Positions 54,601-63,162 of a DNA stretch of 64,000 bases are shown one piece after another; position 1 is the stretch's first letter, and each line of letters begins with the position of its first letter. Both the position numbers and the translations under genes were made by a program. This stretch comes from an uncultured Lachnospiraceae bacterium. GTDB lineage: Bacteria > Bacillota > Clostridia > Christensenellales > UBA1242. Below the pieces are notes generated by a model. The model was not told where the DNA came from. It did no database searches and saw only the letters and a list, made by a program, of their open reading frames with translations. The stretch spans positions 44,696 to 108,695 of the forward strand of contig CAZSGM010000003.1 of assembly GCA_964606505.1 (NCBI GenBank), read 5' to 3'.

Positions 54601-55211
54601 GGTCCCAACTGTCTCTCAAGTTCCCCCGCAATGTCAGATAGACGCGTAAGATGCTCGTGAACGCGTTCAAGTTTTCTCTCTGCCTCAACTTTGCGCGCTT
54701 TAAACTTTGCAATACCTGCCGCTTCTTCAAAAATTGCACGTCTGTTTTCAGGCTTGGAGTTGACGATTTCAGCGACCTTACCTTGTCCAATTATCGAATA
54801 ACCGTCGCGCCCGATACCTGTGTCGTGTAACAAACTAACGACATCTTTAAGTCTGCATGGTGTCCTGTTTATTGCGTACTCACTTTCGCCGCTTCTATAG
54901 AGTTTACGCGTAATTATAATCTCATCGTACTCCATATTAAGTTCGTGGTCAGAGTTATCAAAAACTAGCGAAACCTCACAATACGACAACGAGTTTCTGT
55001 TGCTAGTCCCTTTAAATATAACGTCCTGCATACTGCTACCGCGCAAAACCTTACTGCTCTGTTCACCCAAAACCCAACGTACGGAGTCAGCAACATTACT
55101 TTTCCCGCAACCGTTTGGGCCAACTATCGCCGTAATTCCGTTGTCAAAGTCAATTTCAAGTCTATCTGCAAAAGATTTAAAACCTGCAACTTCAATTCTT
55201 TTAAAATTCAT
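51615..55211 (-). CDS. smc: Chromosome partition protein Smc
   Basis: Walker A GPNGCGKSN, long coiled coils, a hinge, a signature LSGGEQ-like LLSGGEQALTA, and Walker B LLDEIEAALD. Confidence 0.97.
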   Translation of the reverse strand: MNFKRIEVAGFKSFADRLEIDFDNGITAIVGPNGCGKSNVADSVRWVLGEQSSKVLRGSSMQDVIFKGTSNRNSLSYCEVSLVFDNSDHELNMEYDEIIITRKLYRSGESEYAINRTPCRLKDVVSLLHDTGIGRDGYSIIGQGKVAEIVNSKPENRRAIFEEAAGIAKFKARKVEAERKLERVHEHLTRLSDIAGELERQLGPMRKQAEDAKKCLALKDELRGLEINAYLIQCDTANNRRQQVRDKIAAIEDELKVKEQQLASCNQKYDGSMSEIQKIDADIEKIHNLVVELSVNIEKQAGQTKLLQERMNFLTQNIQSKEDELERVKIEKVDTEKLLSAKVKKLESNEQKLKDLKLASEKLSNEYLHLVDELTENEDEVDKNQRNLLESIDKLGEIKANLSRLNAEKDALNNQSQDLKQRLNILTDKNDALKANKAKTEQVIAKLNSEIGDNNLNLDVLKRKLQQANVRKQDIFDETQELQTNLASVVSRHKLLSEMQSDFDGFAYSVKRLMQDAEKNGALKKKIVGVVANLIKVPEKFQIAIETTLGNAVQNIVTEDESDAKNLVSYLKENRYGRATFLPITSMKPRYLDAETKKLLNRDGVFGVACDLIEFDKKMSNVFASLLGGTVIVDTLDTAVALAQNSRFGFKIVSLEGDIVNPQGSITGGSKKAEINNILGREKEIETLKADIDKKRQKLESLSKENEGNNKEIAELTEKITKIDEKLVAMQIELATNLETSQKTGVEFGETQKELERLRHIYNESNARAKAIEDEINSVDELENTISNSRLNANECISKRQSQYDLLRSKKEQYNADNTALKVQIATVESEIEAFNEDVENLKNDIAVLDNKIIALTNELAKSQSDIEKEKNAQMSDGNNSDYFRLQGELDDAKGQLTELDKVKQEHQLSLKLIEQERIMINADYTKVQERKIHEEMNLQKIDDDLNAMAERIAEEYELDYDGCLMYRDENFNSEQSMPRIIEIKKEISKLGYVNMSAIEDIKELSARYEEMTSEMEDDKKAEDDLLTIIKELSTEMTQKFDDAFEQINNNFTKTFRELFGGGNARLVLTESEDALEAGVDIQAEPPGKKVTNLSLLSGGEQALTAIAILFAILKLRPMPFCLLDEIEAALDDANVERFAKYLHRFSKDTQFIVITHRKPTMELADSLYGVTMEEKGVSKIVSVKLSDALANAEPAQG

Positions 55212-55220
55212 AAAACTACC

Positions 55221-55937
55221 TTATATTTTTTTATCCTTGTTATCAAGGTTTGTCTTTTTATCTTTAATTAAGTCAAGCGCAATTTTAGCGCACATTTGTT
55301 CCGCTTTTTGCTTTGAACCCGCGTGTGCAGAACAAACCTGCTCCCCCTTAACGAAAAATCCAACTTCAAAGTCTGGATTGTGCGCCTGCCCAGTCTGCGC
55401 AAGTGTTTTGTACTCAAATTCGACAATTCCCTTGCCCTGCAAGTATTCCTGCAGTGGCGATTTGTAGTCGACAATTTTTTTATTTTCGTTAACAATCGCC
55501 TGCTCACTCAAATCAATGTTATTTAACACAAACTCACGTGCCGCTTCAAGCCCCCCATCAATATAGATTGCGCCGAGCAACGACTCAAAAAGGTCGCCCT
55601 TAACATTAACCGTCATATCGCACAACGCATACTTGCCGTAAATTTCCGTTAAATTCAAGTTGTCGATAATTTTTGACAAGCTTTGCGCTGAAACAAGCTG
55701 CGAGCGAATGTGCGAAAGTTGTCCCTCATCACGCTTGCTATTGTCGTAAAGTTTCTCTGACACAATAAAACTCAAAATACTGTCGCCAAAAAACTCCAAC
55801 CTTTCGTTGCTTTCCCTATCGTGCAAATTTGCAAACGACGAGTGGGTAAACGCTTTTTCAAGTAACACTTGGTTTTTAAATGAGTAACCTATACTCTTTT
55901 CAATATTTTGTATATCCTGTATTGATAAAAATGACAC
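55221..55937 (-). CDS. rnc: Ribonuclease III
   Basis: NERLEFFGDSIL signature and a C-terminal dsRBD. Confidence 0.95.
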   Translation of the reverse strand: MSFLSIQDIQNIEKSIGYSFKNQVLLEKAFTHSSFANLHDRESNERLEFFGDSILSFIVSEKLYDNSKRDEGQLSHIRSQLVSAQSLSKIIDNLNLTEIYGKYALCDMTVNVKGDLFESLLGAIYIDGGLEAAREFVLNNIDLSEQAIVNENKKIVDYKSPLQEYLQGKGIVEFEYKTLAQTGQAHNPDFEVGFFVKGEQVCSAHAGSKQKAEQMCAKIALDLIKDKKTNLDNKDKKI

Positions 55938-55949
55938 ATCAATTTCCCT

Positions 55950-56990
55950 TTAATTTTCGACTTTTTCTTCAACCATTGAGTCGCAAATATCCTTTGTTTC
56001 AAGAATTGTTTTCTCAATTTCGTCGTAAAGTCCGCTTTTATATATTTCAATAACCTGCTCTATACTTGCTAAAATACTTGGCGCAAAACTTGAGCCATGC
56101 GACTTAATCAGTATCTTTTTCGCACCCAAGAACGGCGAGCCGCCCCATCTCTCGTAATCCATAAGATCCTTAACCGCTTTAAAGGATTTTTTCATAAACA
56201 TTGCGCCAAACATACTGCACTTGCGCGCCTCTATTTCAGATTTTAGTATGCTCATAAATACTTGAATTGCACCCTCGCTTGCCTTTAGGCAAACATTTCC
56301 AGCAAATCCGTCTGCTACCACAACATCATACTCACCCGACAGAAAGTCGCGCGCTTCCATATTCCCGACAAAATTAATAGGAAGTTTTTGAAGCATTGGG
56401 AATACCTCGTGGCAAAGTTCGTTCCCCTTTTTATCCTCAACCCCAACATTCAAAAGTGCAACTCTTGGGTTTTCTATCCCACACATCTTTCTCATATATG
56501 TAGAGCCCATAATTGCATAGTGGCAAAGATTGATTGGTTTTGAGTCCATATTTGCGCCGCAATCAATCAGCAGCACTCTTCCACGCTTCTTGGTTGGAAG
56601 CATAGGTGCAAGTGCAGGACGTGAAACTCCTTTCATTCTTCCGATTTTTAAGAACGCGCCTGTTAAAACTGCGCCTGTACTCCCTGCAGAAACCAACCCA
56701 CAAACGTTGTCGTCTTTTTTCAAAATGTCAAGTGCAACAACCAGTGAAGAGTCCTTTTTTGTCCTAATTGCTTCAGTCGGCGACTCATTGTTTGAAACCA
56801 CTTCAGTCGTATGAACAATGGTAAGTCGACTTGTGTCGTATTGATAATTTTTAAATTCCTCTTCAAGTCTAGTTTTGTCGCCAGTGATTGTAATGTTTAA
56901 ATCTTCATATTTATTGAGCGCAAGCGCAACTCCCTTTACGATTTCTTGCGGAGAGTTATCTCCACCGAACCCATCAACGACTATATTCAT
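55950..56990 (-). CDS. plsX: Phosphate acyltransferase PlsX
   Basis: IVVDGFGGDNSP, LLIDCGAN and VKSHGSS-like IKSHGSS. Confidence 0.95.
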   Translation of the reverse strand: MNIVVDGFGGDNSPQEIVKGVALALNKYEDLNITITGDKTRLEEEFKNYQYDTSRLTIVHTTEVVSNNESPTEAIRTKKDSSLVVALDILKKDDNVCGLVSAGSTGAVLTGAFLKIGRMKGVSRPALAPMLPTKKRGRVLLIDCGANMDSKPINLCHYAIMGSTYMRKMCGIENPRVALLNVGVEDKKGNELCHEVFPMLQKLPINFVGNMEARDFLSGEYDVVVADGFAGNVCLKASEGAIQVFMSILKSEIEARKCSMFGAMFMKKSFKAVKDLMDYERWGGSPFLGAKKILIKSHGSSFAPSILASIEQVIEIYKSGLYDEIEKTILETKDICDSMVEEKVEN

Positions 56991-57013
56991 TTTGCCTCCG
57001 TTCTAATTAGTTT

Positions 57014-57041
57014 ATTATACTACATTTTTATTGAATTTCAA
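57014..57041 (-). promoter_or_regulatory. plsX promoter
   Basis: Minus strand reads TTGAAA (57041-57036), a 16-nt spacer, then TATAAT (57019-57014). A GGAGG SD follows. Confidence 0.65.
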
Positions 57042-57105
57042 ACTATTATTGCGCAAGTTTTTTACTCAAAGCGCAATATTTTCGTAACTTTTAGACTATT
57101 GCCTA

Positions 57106-57480
57106 TCATTTTGCCCCTTTCCCCACAAAACACTTATAAAACGCACTTAAAAGTTTCAAAGTCAACGCATCCTCAAACTTTCTTATATCAAGCCCAATTT
57201 TGCGCTGAATTTTTTCTATTCTATAAATTAATGTGTTTCTATGTATAAAAACCTTGCTGCTTGTACTAGCAATACTCAAATTCTCCTCAAAAAACACCTG
57301 AGCCGTAATCATTAATTCGTCGTCCTCTAACACTTGGAGCACTGGTTTTGAATTTAGCATAGAACACAAACAATCTGGGCATTCTTCGCCAACGGTATTA
57401 ATTAAAGAATTTAATATCGAGGAATTATCCTTTAGTTCCCTCTCATATTTCCGCACTTCATCATTTGTCATATTTAACAC
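57106..57480 (-). CDS. Small PucR-type C-terminal HTH protein (124 aa)
   Basis: IASTSSKVFIHRNTLIYRIEKIQRKIGLDIRKFEDALTLKL matches the PucR/CdaR HTH_30 pattern. It is translationally coupled, lying 3 nt after the upstream ABC-like gene stop. Confidence 0.75.
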   Translation of the reverse strand: MLNMTNDEVRKYERELKDNSSILNSLINTVGEECPDCLCSMLNSKPVLQVLEDDELMITAQVFFEENLSIASTSSKVFIHRNTLIYRIEKIQRKIGLDIRKFEDALTLKLLSAFYKCFVGKGAK

Positions 57481-57483
57481 CTA

Positions 57484-58152
57484 CTAAATTTTTAATCTAC
57501 TACTTTCGATTTTGTCTACCGACCCTAGTTTCAAGTAAATAATCTTGTCGCATAGTTCTTTCGCTAGCTGCTCGTCACCACAGGCAAAAAAGGTTGTCGT
57601 TTCCTTTTTATCCATAAAGGTTTTTAACAACTGTTTGATTGTTTCGCGCTCATTGTCGCTTAATCCAACCAAAATGTCGTCGACTAGCAAAACATCAATC
57701 TTCTCTCTCACGCTAAGCATAGCAAACTGCAATAGCCGTTTTTGATACATTGAGAGGTTTTTAACTTTTTCATTTTCGGCGGATTTTAGTGCAAAATCCT
57801 CCAGCGCTTGTGAAATTATCTTCGCCCTATCATCCTTTTTTATCTTTCTAATGCTCAAAACATACTCAATGTTTTTTCGCACTGTTCCCTTTAAAAGTAT
57901 GGGTGTGCTTGCCATATACGCGACCGACAACTCACTTGAATAGTCGATGCTAGACAGTGGCACATCGTTGTAACAAACCTCGCCACTATTTGGAGTTTCC
58001 AACTTTGCAATCACGCGCAGCAGACTTGTTTTGCCACTATCAAGTGCGCCTACAACTGCGACTTTTTCACCGCTTTTGACCTTAAAGTTAACATTGTATA
58101 AGGCGCAAAATTCCTTCACGTACATAAGTTTTACGTTTGTAAATTCTATCAT
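57484..58152 (-). CDS. ABC-ATPase-like protein with degenerate catalytic motifs
   Basis: Walker A GALDSGKTS is retained. The signature is LSMYQ instead of LSGGQ, and Walker B is LLVDDI with no catalytic Glu. I saw no Q-loop Gln and no H-loop His. No permease gene is adjacent. Confidence 0.8.
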   Translation of the reverse strand: MIEFTNVKLMYVKEFCALYNVNFKVKSGEKVAVVGALDSGKTSLLRVIAKLETPNSGEVCYNDVPLSSIDYSSELSVAYMASTPILLKGTVRKNIEYVLSIRKIKKDDRAKIISQALEDFALKSAENEKVKNLSMYQKRLLQFAMLSVREKIDVLLVDDILVGLSDNERETIKQLLKTFMDKKETTTFFACGDEQLAKELCDKIIYLKLGSVDKIESSRLKI

Positions 58153-58354
58153 AAAAGAACCTCTTTGCTTTTTATGCTATCACATTTATTGGTTTTTTAC
58201 AACTGTTTCGAGGCTTCTTTTGAGATTTTTTTTGGAAAAATATACAATTTTCTTTCAAAAAAAGTTGGGTTTTGCCAACAAAAAATTAAAAAAATCGCTA
58301 AATACTGTGTGCAGTGTTGCCAAAGATTATCATAAAAATGGTGTTAAAAATACT

Positions 58355-58382
58355 TTGAAAATGGCAAAATATGTGTTATAAT
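58355..58382 (+). promoter_or_regulatory. Promoter of the alpha-oxoamine synthase gene
   Basis: TTGAAA (58355-58360), 16-nt spacer, TGtTATAAT (-10 at 58377-58382). Confidence 0.7.
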
Positions 58383-58406
58383 ACATTCGTTTTTAAGGAG
58401 CTAAAT

Positions 58407-59585
58407 ATGGATTTATTTAAAAAGTGCTACGACTACGAAGTAGCAAATAATATAAAAAAAGCGGGCATTTACCCATACTTTCACCCACTAACAAGCGGTC
58501 AAGATATCGTTGTTAATATGGAAGGAAAACGCGTTATTATGCTTGGTTCAAACAACTACTTGGGACTCACGTCCAATGAGGAAGTTATTGAAGCCGGTGT
58601 TAAAGCGCTCGAAAAGTATGGTTCAGGTTGTTCTGGCTCAAGATTTTTAAACGGAACGTTGGACATCCACCGCGAACTTGAATTGGAACTTGCAGACTTT
58701 TTACATAAAGAGGATGTTATTACCTTCTCTACTGGATTTCAATCCAACCTTGGGATTATCTCCGCCATTGCTGGGCGTAACGATGTTATCATCGGAGACA
58801 AGGAAAACCACGCGTCAATTTACGACGCATGCAGACTGAGTTTTGCAAAACTTTTAAGATACGAGCACAGCGATATGGACGACCTTGAAAGACAACTTGC
58901 AAGCGTTGAGGACGGCAAAGGCAAGTTGATTGTTACAGACGGTGTCTTTAGTATGGGCGGCGACCTTTGCAACTTACCTAAGATTGTTGAACTCGCTAAA
59001 AAGTACGACGCGCGCATTATGATTGACGACGCGCACGGCTTGGGCGTTTTTGGAGAACGCGGCGCTGGTACGGCGGAACACTTTGGGCTTGAAGACGAAG
59101 TTGATATTATTATGGAAACGTTTAGTAAGTCGCTTGCCAGTCTTGGCGGTTGTATGGCAGGTAAAAAGGAAGTTGTCGACTACGTTCGCCACACTTCCCG
59201 CCCATTCATTTTCTCTGCTTCTATGCCACCTGCAAATGTTGCGTGCGCTAGAAAGGCACTTGAGATTTTAAGAAACAACCCTCAACGCGTTAAAGATTTA
59301 AGAAACATTACTGACTATGTTCGAGCTGGTATGACCGAGCGCGGAATTGACATTAGAGAGTCTGTTGCGCCTATCATTCCTATCAACACGTACGAAGATG
59401 AATTCACGTTCCGCGCTTGCACTGAACTTTACAAAAACGGCGTCTATGTCAACCCTGTTGTTTCCCCTGCCGTTCCGACAGGTGGCGCTATTATTAGAAC
59501 AAGTTACACCGCTACTCACACTCGCAAACTTATGGACGAGGCAATGGATATTATCAAAGATACATTTGATAATATGAAAAAGTAG
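58407..59585 (+). CDS. PLP-dependent alpha-oxoamine synthase (Kbl / BioF / serine-palmitoyltransferase family)
   Basis: LGSNNYLGL, DDAHGLGV and ETFSKSLASLGG (PLP lysine). The ATG at 58407 follows AAGGAG. I cannot assign the exact substrate from sequence. Confidence 0.88.
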   Translation: MDLFKKCYDYEVANNIKKAGIYPYFHPLTSGQDIVVNMEGKRVIMLGSNNYLGLTSNEEVIEAGVKALEKYGSGCSGSRFLNGTLDIHRELELELADFLHKEDVITFSTGFQSNLGIISAIAGRNDVIIGDKENHASIYDACRLSFAKLLRYEHSDMDDLERQLASVEDGKGKLIVTDGVFSMGGDLCNLPKIVELAKKYDARIMIDDAHGLGVFGERGAGTAEHFGLEDEVDIIMETFSKSLASLGGCMAGKKEVVDYVRHTSRPFIFSASMPPANVACARKALEILRNNPQRVKDLRNITDYVRAGMTERGIDIRESVAPIIPINTYEDEFTFRACTELYKNGVYVNPVVSPAVPTGGAIIRTSYTATHTRKLMDEAMDIIKDTFDNMKK

Positions 59586-59629
59586 TTACTATTAAATCGT
59601 GAAACTAAATAAGTAATATAAAAAATAAA

Positions 59630-59678
59630 ATACAATATATGGTGTATTATACAGTATTATATACCCCGCATATTGTAT
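59630..59678. repeat. Tandem-palindrome element, copy C
   Basis: ATACAATATATGGTGT (59630-59645) and ACCCCGCATATTGTAT (59663-59678), centres 33 bp apart. It lies between the convergent kbl-like and holA ends. Confidence 0.8.
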
Positions 59679-59713
59679 TTTTATATTACGACTTAAAACT
59701 GCATATAGTATAA

Positions 59714-59741
59714 CAAAAGCCTATAAGACATAGGCTTTTGG
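59714..59741. terminator. Bidirectional terminator between the kbl-like gene and holA
   Basis: AAGCCTAT (59717-59724) / ATAGGCTT (59730-59737), with T-rich flanks on both strands. Confidence 0.65.
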
Positions 59742-59759
59742 TATATTTTCCGTTGTGCA

Positions 59760-60731
59760 TTACAACTTATAAACAATATTCATTATTAAACTATAGATTG
59801 AGTTAATGTCAGACGTGTGCCCTGCCTTGATTGCGTAATCAGTGTTCAAGACATCGCCCAAGGAATTCATTAGTTCAACCTTTTTTAATTTGTCAGTTTC
59901 GGTAATCATCATTTTAATTGGGTAATCGCCAATTTTGAAAACTGCCTTACACAAATCGCGGTCGTTTTTTGTCGCCTGAAGATAAAAGTAGCGGCGCATA
60001 AAATTTGCAAGCGCTCCTAAAATGTACTGCGTGCTGCCCTTTTCTCTTAATATGTACTCGTAAAGTTGAACTGCCTTACTTGTATCTTTCGCGATTATCG
60101 CGTTTGCAATGCGGTACATTTCATAATCCATAGTTTTAGCAACATTTATCTCGACATCCTCAGGTTTAATGATGCTATCGGTACAATAGGACGACAGTTT
60201 TTTCACTTCGTTACTAATTTTTGATAAATCAAAGCCGCAGTACTCAATCAAATTATTTAGTGCGTTGGTTGTAATCTGCTTACCATTTTCAGCGCACATA
60301 GCGGCGACTATACCTGTCAAAGTTTTAGCGTCCAAGAACCCACAGTCAACAGGCGTCGCATATGACTCACACTTTTTCAAAAAGTCCGTCTTTTCGTTTG
60401 AAATGAAAACCAACACCGTTGTTTGCACAGGCTTTTTCAAATATTCCAAAATGTCCTTTTTGTTTGTCTCGTTAAGTTTCGCGACACAATCCTTTAGATA
60501 AATAACACGATAACGGCTCATAAATGGCAACGTTTGTGCAATTTCAAGCATTTTTTGGACGTCTATGTTTTCGTCATTATATGTAGTTTCGTTAATTTCG
60601 GCAAAATTATCAATACAACAGCTATTGATTAAATTGACGCTTTTAGACTGCAAAAATCTATCTTCGCCGGTTAAGACATATGCGTTATCAATCTTACTTT
60701 TTAATGTCTTTTTTAATTCTACAAATTTCAT
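59760..60731 (-). CDS. holA: DNA polymerase III subunit delta
   Basis: Size, N-terminal YVLTGEDRFL pattern, and position next to comEC as in B. subtilis. Confidence 0.85.
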   Translation of the reverse strand: MKFVELKKTLKSKIDNAYVLTGEDRFLQSKSVNLINSCCIDNFAEINETTYNDENIDVQKMLEIAQTLPFMSRYRVIYLKDCVAKLNETNKKDILEYLKKPVQTTVLVFISNEKTDFLKKCESYATPVDCGFLDAKTLTGIVAAMCAENGKQITTNALNNLIEYCGFDLSKISNEVKKLSSYCTDSIIKPEDVEINVAKTMDYEMYRIANAIIAKDTSKAVQLYEYILREKGSTQYILGALANFMRRYFYLQATKNDRDLCKAVFKIGDYPIKMMITETDKLKKVELMNSLGDVLNTDYAIKAGHTSDINSIYSLIMNIVYKL

Positions 60732-60815
60732 TTTTAACCTTTTATATATTGTAACACAAATAATTGTGAAAATGCAAGTGAGAATTTTATTTTTTTTGCA
60801 ATTTACATAACATTT

Positions 60816-63038
60816 TTAGTAATTATAAGCGATTTTGCGGCTTATCAACCCAATTTGCTTGCTTTCTAGACTATTCCCCCCTATGTCCGCTTTAGGTTCA
60901 TTCAATCGTCGTTCTCCATAAAAATAGTTCTCATACAACTCGTCCGTATAGTGCAAATACGAGTTTAACGGAATTGCAGCCCTTGCATACGATAAATCTA
61001 AACGATTAAGCCCATCAGGAATAACTGCGATTGAAAACTCACTCAAAGTAAGCAAGGTAACCAATAGTTTGCCATCCCAATACAATCTATTCAAGGTTGC
61101 GCCGTTAAATCGCAATCCGTCTACACCCACGCAAGTAACGCCGTTCTGCGGTTTTGTAAGAAGCGAATTGTAGGCATATTTTGCCGACTCGTCCACAACA
61201 ATTTGTTTAACCGCAAATTTGGTTTGTAAAAACTCCACCACTTCCCTATCTTCGTATGGGTCGTTTGTCAAGTCAAACATTATCACGGCGTCAAGCGTAT
61301 CAATCCGTTTGCGCAGTATTGTTTCGGCGTAGCTTTCCGCCTCGTAACTCCCTGCCACGCCGAACAAAAACTTTTCGTTACTGGAAGTAGTTACAAGGTA
61401 ACAATCGTCGCATAATCTCGTAACCGTGTCGGCCTTATATACTTTGGGAACGTTTGTTAAAATCAGCGCACATACTAACCCCGTCAGCAGGATAATACTT
61501 ATCATATTGTGATAATCGCGGCTAATGAATATAAAAGAGGAAATTAGTACAATTATCACATAATATAATACTGTAAATGTGCCCATTTCAAACACATACA
61601 CCGAGGCAAGCGGCAAATTTACAAAAATTGATGGGAACCAATACACGAATGCCATCGGAATTGCGGGAATTACTAAAATAAACTCCATAAACGGCAGTAC
61701 CAGCACAATAAGCAAGCACGCAAAAAGCAAAATGTACGCAAGTGAGAACACTGGCACAACAACAATATTTGCAAGCAGCGAATACATACTAAACGAATTA
61801 AAGTATTCTGCCATAATTGGATATATCCCTATTTGTGAAGCAACGGTCATTGCAATCCCGCTAGCAAGCCAATTCGGCATTTTAAGGCGAAGGTGCAGAA
61901 AGTCGTTAATCGGTCTTGCAAAGAATGCAATACCCACAACACAGGCAAAGCTCAGCAAGAAGCCTGCATCTAAGATGGACATTGGCCAAATACACATAAT
62001 TATGATACACGCAAGCCCCAGCGACGACATAATATCGGGTTGTCTACCCAACGAACGCGCAGATAGTAGTATCAGTCCCATAATTGTTGCGCGCACAACG
62101 CTTGGCGTATAGTCGCAGAGGTAGCAATAAAACACCAACACCACTGCCGAAATACAAAACTTTAAAAGGCGCTTTCGCTTCAAAAATTTCAAACAGCCCA
62201 GCACGATTGCGATAATAAACGCAACATTCATTCCACTGACAGCTACGATGTGCATAACGCCGCTAATTTTAAAAGAGGTGTTTGTCATTTCGCTTAAATA
62301 GCTACTGTCTCCAAACAAAACCGAATAAGACAAATGTGCGATTTCTTGCGGCATTTGGTTCAATAAGTGCGTCAAAACTTGGTCGTGAACTATGTCCGCC
62401 GCATTGTTTCTAGACCCGAAGAACGCTAGGGTGTTATCGTCGCCGATTGTTGCAGTTCCTGAATAGTGAATGTCCTTAACAATTTCATAGGAATTCAGTT
62501 TCTCGTCCCTTTGGGAATTGGACTCAAATGTTAATGTGGTAAACCCAATAATGTCGCCCTTTTGGATTTCTCCTATTACGTCCCCTTTTAGTTTTATGGA
62601 GGTTTTACCAGCCAGTTTGCGTGTCAAGTCGCCATCTTGCAGGGTTACATCACTTAAAATCAAACTTACACTTGTAGAGTATTCAGTTATTGTATCGACG
62701 CTTCCAGTAACGTAATATTGCGTTTCTGAGTCAATAACATCTTCAAAACTTGTCAATTTAGCGTCGCACAGCAAGCCGCCTGCTATGAACGCGACTAAAA
62801 TCGACAAAAACAACAATCTATTTGTTGCGCAAAATTTATAAAAACGTGTGCCTGAAGGCGTTTTAGCGGGCAGAAACTCTACTAAAAACGCAAAGCACGT
62901 TACCAAACACAACACTAGCATTGTTATAATAAAACCAAGTACGCTATCGGCGTAATATCCTGCAATAACTATCCCTGCCCCTGCGCAAATTGCAAACGCA
63001 CAAAATAGTAGCGGACGACGAGCAAAAATTCTTATCAT
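60816..63038 (-). CDS. comEC: ComEC/Rec2 DNA internalisation channel protein with a degenerate C-terminal metallo-beta-lactamase region
   Basis: DUF4131-like N-terminus and a Competence domain (multi-TM; HIVAVSGMNVAFI). The C-terminal ~230 aa lacks an HxHxDH motif. I prefer the start at MIRIFARRP (63038). Confidence 0.88.
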   Translation of the reverse strand: MIRIFARRPLLFCAFAICAGAGIVIAGYYADSVLGFIITMLVLCLVTCFAFLVEFLPAKTPSGTRFYKFCATNRLLFLSILVAFIAGGLLCDAKLTSFEDVIDSETQYYVTGSVDTITEYSTSVSLILSDVTLQDGDLTRKLAGKTSIKLKGDVIGEIQKGDIIGFTTLTFESNSQRDEKLNSYEIVKDIHYSGTATIGDDNTLAFFGSRNNAADIVHDQVLTHLLNQMPQEIAHLSYSVLFGDSSYLSEMTNTSFKISGVMHIVAVSGMNVAFIIAIVLGCLKFLKRKRLLKFCISAVVLVFYCYLCDYTPSVVRATIMGLILLSARSLGRQPDIMSSLGLACIIIMCIWPMSILDAGFLLSFACVVGIAFFARPINDFLHLRLKMPNWLASGIAMTVASQIGIYPIMAEYFNSFSMYSLLANIVVVPVFSLAYILLFACLLIVLVLPFMEFILVIPAIPMAFVYWFPSIFVNLPLASVYVFEMGTFTVLYYVIIVLISSFIFISRDYHNMISIILLTGLVCALILTNVPKVYKADTVTRLCDDCYLVTTSSNEKFLFGVAGSYEAESYAETILRKRIDTLDAVIMFDLTNDPYEDREVVEFLQTKFAVKQIVVDESAKYAYNSLLTKPQNGVTCVGVDGLRFNGATLNRLYWDGKLLVTLLTLSEFSIAVIPDGLNRLDLSYARAAIPLNSYLHYTDELYENYFYGERRLNEPKADIGGNSLESKQIGLISRKIAYNY

Positions 63039-63112
63039 TTGTAACCTTGCCGATATTATAACACACATATAAAAAATTTTCAATATTTAGCGAATTTTTT
63101 GAAAAATAAATA

Positions 63113-63141
63113 TTGACAGAATACGCAATAAATGCTATAAT
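63113..63141 (+). promoter_or_regulatory. Promoter of the terminal hypothetical operon
   Basis: TTGACA (63113-63118), 17-nt spacer, TGcTATAAT (-10 at 63136-63141). Confidence 0.75.
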
Positions 63142-63162
63142 TAATAGCAAATGAGAGGTTTT

